NCBI RefSeq assembly: GCF_009834535.1
Contig: NC_045697.1
Span: forward strand, 83,826,001 to 83,890,000
Source of the DNA: Camelus ferus
Lineage: Eukaryota
Direction: 5' to 3'
Length of the DNA stretch: 64,000 nucleotides
Below are positions 55,405 through 64,000 of this stretch, piece by piece. Every line of letters starts with the position of its first letter. Position 1 is the stretch's first letter. The position numbers were made by a program, and so were the translations under genes. The notes below the pieces were generated by a model, which had not been told where the DNA came from, did no database searches, and saw nothing but the letters and a program-made list of their open reading frames with translations.

Positions 55405-57060
55405 TATCAAATATTTATTGAGTGTCTACTAAGTTTCAGACACTGTCCTGGGTGCTTCCTTGTAGAGCTTATGTTTTTGCAGAGGGACACAAACAATAAA
55501 TATTCAGCCTAATAAATGAGTAAATTATATAGGGCCTTAGAAGATGATAAATGCTACCAAAAAAGTGCCTCTGGTTAACGGGTACCAGAGTGGGAGGCAG
55601 ACTGCAATTTTAAATAGTTACAGAGTTGGTCTTATTCAAAAGACAATATTTGAGCAAAGATTCCAAGGTGGCAAGGGACTGCCCAGCAGGCACCTGGGGG
55701 CAGGGTGTGCCCGGCCTGGCTGAGGAACACCCAGGGCTGTGTGGCTGGAATGGGGAACAGCAGCTGGTGAGGAGTCAGGGAAGTAACAGAGGCCAGATCA
55801 GGCAGACGCCTGAGACCATGTTAAACCCTCTGGCTTTTATTCCGAGTGAAATGAGGACACATGCCAAGCTCTGAGCAGAAAAGTGTTGTGATCAGGCTGA
55901 CTCTACCTATGGTTTGAGGATGGACTGTAATGGGGAGAAGAACCAGTTTGGAGGCTGTGTAGTAACCAGGTGAGAAGTGGTGATGGCAGGGACCAGCCTG
56001 ACAGCAGAGCAGGTGCTGACCAAGTGGCCAGACCCCAGACATCTCTGGAAGGCACAGTGACTTACTTGTCGATGGGCATGATGCATGAGGTGTGAATGTG
56101 GGAGATACAAGAGAAAGACAGGGTCAGGGATGACTCCAAAGTTTCTGGACTGAGGAATCAGAAGCATGAAGCTGCCAGCAACTGAAAAGAGAAAGGCTGC
56201 AGGAAGAGAAGAGGTTTTAATGAGTGCATGGGTGGAGATCAGGAATCTGGCTTCGAACATGGCCATTTGGGGAATCTAGTGAGCAATCAAAAAGTGATGC
56301 TGAGTAAACAATTAGATAGATGAGTCTTGGCACTGGGCTGAAAGCTGAGCTGGAGATGCACGTTTGGGAGTTCTTAGCATATAGATGGCCATGAAACTAA
56401 ATTAAAACCACCCAGGGAATCATTCTGAGGACAGAGCCCTGGAAAAGGACAGAGGCCAAAGGAAAAGGAGAAATCAGCTAAAGGACAGAGAAGGAAAAAA
56501 ATGAGGGAGTCTGGTGTGCTGGAGGTGAAGTGAAGAAAGCTCATCAAGGAAAAGGCACAATCATCTATGCCAAGTGATGCTACCAGGTCAGCGTGACCCA
56601 CTGGGTAACCAATGTGGAGGGTGCCGGAGACCCAGAAGAGAGAATTGTGGTGGAACTTGGGGCGGGGCGAGTGAGGAGGTGGGGTGGGGTAGGAAGCTTC
56701 CCTAGAGTGAGTTTAAGAGAGAAAAGCAATAGGGGAATTGGCAAAAATCCCTTCAAGTTTTGTTGTAGACGGGAAAGCTGGTAAAGGAAGTGGATCAAGA
56801 AAACACTTTTATTTTTTAAAACAGGAGAAAGTTTTTTAAAAGACGGTAATAAATTGTGTAAAAATAAAAATATTGATGCTATGAGAGGAAAGACAGGAGA
56901 CTTATGGTAGCAATATGCTCGCGTAGCGCACAGCCGGAGAGGCTGGCTTTCCGCTAGAGCACGTTTATGGTCCCAGGACACGTTTCAACAGGGACGATGT
57001 GATGGCGAGAATCCGTGGAAGTTCTCTCCTGATTGTGCAATTTTCTCAGAAAGGAAGAAG
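55405..57060 (-). mobile_element. Long L2 fragment
   Basis: caaatatttattgagtgtctacta (reverse L2 tail), then reverse-L2 phrases gtcagggatgactccaaagtttctggactgag and gagctggagatgcacgtttgggagt. Confidence 0.8.
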
Positions 57061-57339
57061 TAAGAGCAGCTAAAAAAAAGGATGGGAGGTTACAGGTTTC
57101 AGAAGGGACTGTGAAACAGTTATTAAAGAGACTGGAAAAGTGAAAGGACTTGGGAAGTACAGTGTGCTGGGAAGTCTATGGTCCTGAACTGATACAGACC
57201 TTGCAGCATGGCTGTGAGCCTTTCCCTGGTCACGTTTTACCACAAAGGGGCCCTGAATGAGGGGAAGGCTTGACCTAAGAAAGCTGTTTCCTTTCATCTT
57301 CAATCTATTATTGCTAGATTTTACACTTTTTAGAACCAC

Positions 57340-57478
57340 CTAGAAATCTGGATTTTTACATAGACCATTCTGATTTTTATATAATGGCAACTAATTCAAA
57401 TAGAAACAAAACAGAATATTCTGTATGACAAGTTAACATGACTGTAGGCTAAATCCAGAGCCTTCTGGGCTCTGCTGC
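57340..57478. mobile_element. MER103-like hAT-Charlie remnant
   Basis: gaaatctggattttta...tgattttta...tggcaactaattcaaat. Confidence 0.5.
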
Positions 57479-57519
57479 AGAGGGTCTGAGAAAAGGGAGA
57501 AACATGGTACTAACAACAA

Positions 57520-57725
57520 AAATAATAACAGTAATTACCCATGGGTTAGGCATCATTCTCAGACTGTTATATGTAAATTCATTTTAGTCTCACAATCGTC
57601 TATGAGATTGATACCCTCATGACCCATTTTATAGAGGAGGAAACTGAGACACTGGGAGGTTACGTGACTTACCAAAGTCAAAGGGTTAGTAAATGGCAAA
57701 AGTGGTATTAGAACCTATCAGACTT
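57520..57725 (-). mobile_element. MIR SINE
   Basis: cccattttatagaggaggaaactgagacactgggaggttacgtgactt. Confidence 0.85.
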
Positions 57726-57891
57726 CTCTACTACATCCCAGGTAAGCTGCTCTGGGTCATGAAGGCCTTGAATTCTGGATGAGGAGTTAAGACCAATCTT
57801 TTTTCCCCATGGGCAATAACGTGACATTTTTAGAGCAGTATGATCAAATAAATACTTGAAGAAAATTAATCTATTCAAAATGTAATGAACG

Positions 57892-58251
57892 AAATAGCAT
57901 ATGATATCACCTATACGTTGAATCTTAAAAAAAAGACAAACTTATTTACAAAACAGAAACAGACTCACAGACATAGAAAACAAACTTATGGTTGCCAAGG
58001 AGGTGGAGGGGGTGGGAAGGGATAAACTGGGAGTTCAAGATTTGCAGATACTACTATATATAAAATAGATAAACAACAAGTTTCTACTGTATAGCACAGG
58101 GAACTATATTCAATATCTTGTGCAACTTATGGCTAAAAAGAATATGAAAATGAATATATGTATGTTCCTATATGACTAAAGTATTGTGCTGTACACCAGA
58201 AATTGACACAACATTGTAAAGTGACTATACTTCAATAAAAATATATTTTTA
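57892..58251 (+). mobile_element. L1 3'-UTR fragment with TSD
   Basis: aaacagaaacagactcacagacatagaaaacaaacttatggtt...tgactatacttcaataaaa. TSD aaaatgta(a/c)tg(a/g)acg at 57877-57891 and 58252-58266. Confidence 0.9.
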
Positions 58252-59174
58252 AAAATGTACTGGACGGCTTCTGGGAGAAGGAAAAAAAGATCAGAGACAG
58301 GTAGACGGGCCACTGCTCTGCATCCACATGAATACTAAACACAGGGTATGACAAGGGTTTTGGCAGCAAGAATAGAAGAAAAAGAAATATTAGGTAATAA
58401 ATGTAAACATGCTTGAACCCCTATTATTGTATATTTCACATAACTTAGACAAAATCTACCTCGTTATTGTCGTCATGCAATGTTACACATACTGGGAAAT
58501 AAGAATTTTTGAATATTTTAAAGAGTATTTTAATTTTTCATCAATTTTCACTAGTCAGCACTGCCAATATATTGAAATTAAGTATCTGTTATCTTTAAAA
58601 AGGTATTTTTTTACAGTTAAATAGGCATATGAATAAGCTCATGAAGGTGACTAAACAAACTTGTTTCAAGAACATAACGCACACAAAACATGAAGTTTTA
58701 AAGAAGCAATGGAGAATCTGTTTTTATAAGCAGGTATGCAAAAGTGGGGCATGAAAGGAATGGTTATAGTAGACAATTCAGCAGCCTCGGTGATTTAAGA
58801 TTTAAAACTCTGAGATGCTTAATAAAGAACCTTATGGGATAATCTGACTAAAAAGCATTCAATAAATTATTCATTCAACAAACATTTATGACGCTAAGCC
58901 CCATGCTAGGGGCCTAGAGGCAGAAGAGAGTGAAGCTTCGAGGTAGGAGAGAATGATAATGAAACAGATAATTCAACATGGCTGGCAAGGCTCACAGAAG
59001 AGCAAATCGGTTAAGAAGTGGCCCAAGGGAGGCAATGAGTCTGCCACATGGGTCAGAGGTGACTCAACAAAGGACGCAGTACTTAAACACAGCCTTGTAG
59101 GATGGGCAGGAGCACGGACCCAAGGGACAAGATGAGTCTTAAATTAGACCCTGCAGCCAAAGGCAAAGGAGTAA

Positions 59175-59335
59175 TGTTCTTAAAGTAGGTGCTTCTCCTT
59201 ATTGGCTCTGCTACTAACCGGCTGTGTGGCCCTGGGCAAGTTACTTAGCCTCCCTGGGCCTTAGTGCCCTCACATCTGTAAAGTGAGAGAGCAAAGCAAA
59301 CAAAGTCTGAGGTTCCTTCTGGCTCTACATTTTAT
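59175..59335 (+). mobile_element. MIR/MIR3 SINE
   Basis: ggctctgctactaaccggctgtgtggccctgggcaagttacttagcctccctgggcct. Confidence 0.8.
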
Positions 59336-59595
59336 TTCTATTTGTGAATTCCTGTGAATTATATGTGTCTCAGATCCGGATTACATCCTACAAAGTCAAC
59401 TAGTAAGAATTAGCAAATAAGCCAGTCAGACGAAGGGGCTTCACAGCAAAGGGGTGCCCTCTGTGCCAGGCAGCTCTCTCGTGTTGTCAAGGGCCGGGCT
59501 GCGGGCTACGGAGAGATGACGACGATCTGGACCCCGCCACCTCCTGGTCCTCCCTTCTCTCCCTACTCCTGCCTCATATTCTTTCCATACGTGCA

Positions 59596-60152
59596 CCGTA
59601 TGATCCAGCAGTTCTGCTCCTGGGTATACACCCAAAACTACGGAAAGCATGGGCTCAGACACTTGTACACCAATGTCACAACTATGAGTATTCACTGCAG
59701 CCAAAAGGTGGAAACAACGAAATGTCCTTCAAAAGATGAGTGGCTAAACAAAATGTGGTATACGCATAAAAGTGAGTACCATTCAGCCCTACCAAGGGAC
59801 GAAATTCTGATACATGCTACATGGATGAACTCTGAAAACATCACGCTAGGTCAAACAAACCAGGCACAAAAGGACAAACTTCGTATGAATCCGCCTATAT
59901 GAGACACCTAGAGGAGGCAAATTCGTAGAGACAGAAAGGAGAACAGGAGACACCAGGGGCTGGGAGAGTGGAGGAAGGGGGAGCTACTGTTTAATGGGTG
60001 TCAGTGTAGGATGATGAAAAAGTTCTAGAAATGGATAATCATGATGGTTGTACAACACTGTGAATGTAATCAATGTCACTGAGTTGTACACTTAAAATTA
60101 TATTAATATGGCAAATTTTATTTTATGTGTATTTAACCTCAATTTAAAAAAT
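59596..60152 (+). mobile_element. Old L1 (L1MB-like) ORF2 end plus 3' UTR
   Basis: Peptide KCPSKDEWLNKMWYTH..EYHSAL..DEILIHATWMN. The 3' UTR aaaagttctagaaatggat...tgtacacttaaaat is the same family as 25820-26432. Confidence 0.88.
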
Positions 60153-60519
60153 CACCGTATGTTCAAAAAGAAGACAAAAACAAACAAAAAAAACCTGCAC
60201 TTTCCTTAACACATACACTCTCTCCTGCCACCAAACCTTAGCATGCCCGTCTCTGCCACTTGGCAACCTTCTCCTCTCCCATTCTCTCCACTTTTGCTCT
60301 GGTTTATACCTCCTCACTTAAGACTCCGTTTAGTTGTCCCCACTCTGGCAGGACAGGCTGGGTTGTCTGGTTAGTTACCTCACACTTAAGTTCCCATGGC
60401 CATACGCCATTTATCCTTCCAGTATAACATTTATCACACTGGATTAACATTTGGCTACCTTTCTCCCTGCCAGACTGTACACTCATTTAAGAATAGAACC
60501 ATGTCTTTTATTTCTGAAC

Positions 60520-60725
60520 AGAGCAGTAAATGAGAGGTTAAGAACATGGGTTCTAGCATCAGAATACCAGGGTTCAAATTCTAGCTTTACTTTCCACCAG
60601 CTACATATCTTGGGTAAGTTACCTAGGCATTTTGTGCCTCAGTTTCACATTCTGTAAAATGAGGATAATATCAATGCCTATTTCATAAAGTTATGCAGGG
60701 GGATTAAGTGAATTAATCCACATAA
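60520..60725 (+). mobile_element. MIR SINE
   Basis: gggttcaaattctagct...cttgggtaagttacct...tgtgcctcagtttcacattctgtaaaatgaggataat. Confidence 0.88.
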
Positions 60726-61051
60726 AAAAAATAAAATAAATAAATATTTTAAACACTAATGTAACACTAACTTGGGTTGAAATGAAGCTTCCACTTCTGT
60801 AGGTCAACAATAATAGCAAAAAATCAGCAATTTCATTTAGTCCAATCTAAGTGCTTTACAAATGTGAATTCATTTAACAAATTTGAATGGATTCTGTAAG
60901 TAGTCAGGAAGAAATCATTTTTAGAATAGGAAATGAAGTGATAAATTATGTTTTAATACTAATATCTGTAACAGTAACATCATCTGTAGTTTATATCACT
61001 TGTACAGGTCTAGCACCCTACATACATATAAGCATATTTACACGTGTGCGT

Positions 61052-61077
<26 letters not shown>
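61052..61077. repeat. (AC)13 microsatellite
   Basis: Read directly. Confidence 0.95.
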
Positions 61078-61082
<5 letters not shown>

Positions 61083-62012
61083 CACCTCTATTCTTCACAC
61101 TGGCCCTGCAGGGGAGGTCTTAATCCTGACATCTCACAGAGGGTGACACTGGGGTTCAGGGAGGTGGGATGAGCAAAGCTCAGGACAGTAAGAGGGGAGC
61201 CTGGATGTGGGTGCAGATGTGCAAGGCTCCCAGTCAGAGCTCTTTTTGCCTCACTGCGCTACCTGCTCTCTAAGGACAGTGCTGAAGGCAGCACAGTGGA
61301 TGGACTAAAGAGAAGGGAGCCCAGCTGGAAACTGGCTGGCTTGACAGCTGTGAGATGATGATACACTCGTTTGTATGCCAATGTCATATTTCTAGAACTG
61401 AGTTACGACCCATTAAAATGGTATACTCAGAATCTGAGACATCACATTTCATCAGGCTGTATTTTAACTTGCCATCAACAACAGAATAATATATTCTCAG
61501 AAAGATCAAACAAGGCTTGACAGATGTATAAAACTGATAGCAGATGTGGGACAGAGTCAGTAGAGACAAAGCTCAGCCTTTCCCCATCCAGTTCAAAAGT
61601 GGGAACACAGAACCCCAAATGTTAAAGGACCTGCTGGAAAACATCACTGGGGCTAGAACCAGGTCTGCGGACTCAAGTATGCAATCCCCTACTGCTCTGC
61701 TCATGCCGCCCTGCCAGGTGTCCGCTGTACTAAATAAAGTAAACCAAAGTGGGGCACAAACAAATTTTAACCCATACATTAAAATTTAAATTTTCTTAAA
61801 CTGCTATATTGTGCTGTATCTCACCAGAAACTCTAGACCTCTACAGGCAGAGAACAGAGCTCAGTTGACAGTACCTTCTCCATGCTTGACTGACTGATAG
61901 CAAATTAGTTTCTGTTACAAGTTATACAGGGCTGCCCACCAGAGACAGCATTACTGAAGACTGTCAGTATTTTTGCTTAAAAAAATAGTGAGAAATACTA
62001 AGACCTCTATCA

Positions 62013-62162
<150 letters not shown>

Positions 62163-62956
62163 TCAAGAGCAAGTTAAAATAAGTTAAGACTCCCCAACAT
62201 TCCCCTCTCAATAGTCATACATACACAAAACAGCATTTTCTAAATCCTTTCGATTCATTTCAGATCAAATTCTCATTGAGAACCTATCATGTCTTCAGTT
62301 CCACTTTTGTTTACTTTCACAATTTTAGATGAGTAGCTTCCAAGTTCTATTCTGTAATAACCTGAGCTCTGACCCTGATCTTCCAGAGAACTTGATTTTT
62401 ATTCAATTTGTTTCTTGCGATCATGGGTAAGAATATTTTAGAAAAAGATTCTTGTAGGGAAAGAAATTGAAAATAACTTTTTCAAAGAAAATACTTTTTT
62501 TTTTTTTTACAGTTCAAACACTTAAAGTCTAAAAATAATTAAATTCAGAAGAAATGATTACGAAAAGAAGCCTTAACTTTTCCCCTCAAATCCCTCTTGA
62601 TCTTCAGTTTGCCTTTCAAGTTTCACCCGCCACACCCCTGCTCCTTGAGACATAAGAAACACACAATATCAAGTTTGCAGTTTTTGCCTGTTGTATAAAA
62701 ATCAGAAGAAACAAAAGCCCCTAAGTTTTGTCCTTTAGTTTGGAAACATATTTTTCTACTAAAACAGTTATTAATGAAGAATATAGAGCTAAAATATTGT
62801 CTTTCTGTTGTAACTATCTAGGGATGAAAATAATGAGCAAAATCTAGTTGTGTGGAGCCAAGAAGAAATTCTAGTAATAAGAGGATCTTCCTCTTCCTCT
62901 CTATCTTCTCCCTGCCCTGACTTCCTTCTTCATAAAAGAGACAACAGACGATGGGA

Positions 62957-63020
62957 CAAAAAAAAAAAAAAGAAGAAGAAGAAGAAGAAGAAGAGATAAA
63001 AAGAAGAGGGGAAAAGGGAG
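62957..63020. repeat. Poly(A), (GAA)n and purine-rich tract
   Basis: Read directly. Confidence 0.9.
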
Positions 63021-63104
63021 AAATGAGATGAGTGCCCACACTGGAATATGCAGCACTGGAGTATATGCAGTTTTTACAGTCCTAACACAACTATTAACAC
63101 GACA

Positions 63105-64000
63105 GGAGAGAAAGATGGAGGAGTAGAAGGACACAGAGCTCACCTCCTCCCACAAATACATCAAAAATATACCTACATGTGGAACAATTTTCATAGAATA
63201 GCAACTGTGAGCTGGCAGATCTCTTATACAACCAAGAAAGATCCCCACATAACCGCATAGTATGAAAGGAAAAAATAAAAAGGAGGAGGAATCAGGACAG
63301 ACGGTGTGCCCCTGGGAAGGAGCTATGAAAGAGGAAAGGTTTCCTCGCCCTGGGGACCTCCTGCACCTGCTGGGAGGTCTGCTGGGACAGTCAGGGAGTT
63401 GGAGAGGCCTGTACCTCACTCGGGAGGAGTGTGCAGGTGCTGGTTTGCTGGTGGGCAGGGTAGAGAGGGACTGACTCTGACAGCTGCCATGTCCCACACT
63501 TCCCAGCCCAAGACACACACCTGCTGGTATGCAAAGTGGCTGGGCACTGAAACTCTGACTTCAGCAGACAGGCCCAGGGAGGGGATTTGGTTTGGCTGCA
63601 CAGAGATAGCCCAAGGGGACTGGAGTGTGCTCTAGGCTGCCATTGTTGGCACATGAGGATGGAGCGCAGGTCTGCCATAGGGGCCCCACTGTCAACATGC
63701 TCAAGGCGGGGTGCAGCTCTGGTGGCAGCGGGCTTTGGAAGCATGCACACAGCAGACATGGGGCTGACATCCCAGCTGATTATCAGCACTCTCACAGTGA
63801 GGGCTAGTCAGGGTGGCAGTACCAGCAGCAGCAGCCTCTGTGGGCGAGCACACCAGGTGGCAGTCAGCGTCACAGAATTGTACATCCCTGGCAGAAAGCT
63901 TCTGGGGAAGAATACGCAGTAGCTCCTTTTCCAGTGGGAGTGCTCCAGTCCTGCCGTCCTTACTCTGCAGCTCAGAACCAGATCTGGGGGCTTCTACTTA
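63105..64000 (+). mobile_element. L1 5' UTR (cetartiodactyl-type), antisense to SEC24D, continuing past the window end
   Basis: aagatggaggagtagaaggac...ctcacctcctcccacaaatacatcaaaaatatacctacatgtggaaca matches my recollection of cetartiodactyl L1 5' ends, with a decayed YY1-like aagatgg motif. The downstream sequence is GC-rich and CpG-depleted. Confidence 0.72.

Overview
Mammalian genomic DNA, probably from a camelid: it carries four copies of a tRNA-derived SINE resembling camelid Vic-1, and cetartiodactyl-type L1 ends. The whole window lies inside one minus-strand gene, SEC24D (COPII cargo-adaptor coat subunit). I traced 14 complete coding exons plus one partial exon by hand. All have GT-AG boundaries, their phases are compatible, and the joined frame is open (1875 nt, or 625 codons, plus 43 nt of the next exon). 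They cover the zinc finger, trunk/vWA, beta-sandwich and helical domains and the start of the gelsolin-like region. Exon numbers 7-21 follow my recollection of the human gene. The introns hold L1, L2, MIR, SINE and old DNA-transposon relics plus microsatellites. I found no second gene, RNA gene or demonstrably new system. The best leads are: (i) an L1 5' UTR antisense to the gene whose reverse strand has an open frame and a donor in phase with SEC24D exon 7 (ORF0-like fusion or poison exon); (ii) a stronger-looking alternative donor after exon 17 that would add a stop; (iii) local duplications, including a 230-bp pair with a 57-nt identical core and a ~65-bp pair flanking exon 20; (iv) CpG-dense exons; (v) CTCF-like motifs. 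Repeat family names are from memory and repeat boundaries are approximate.
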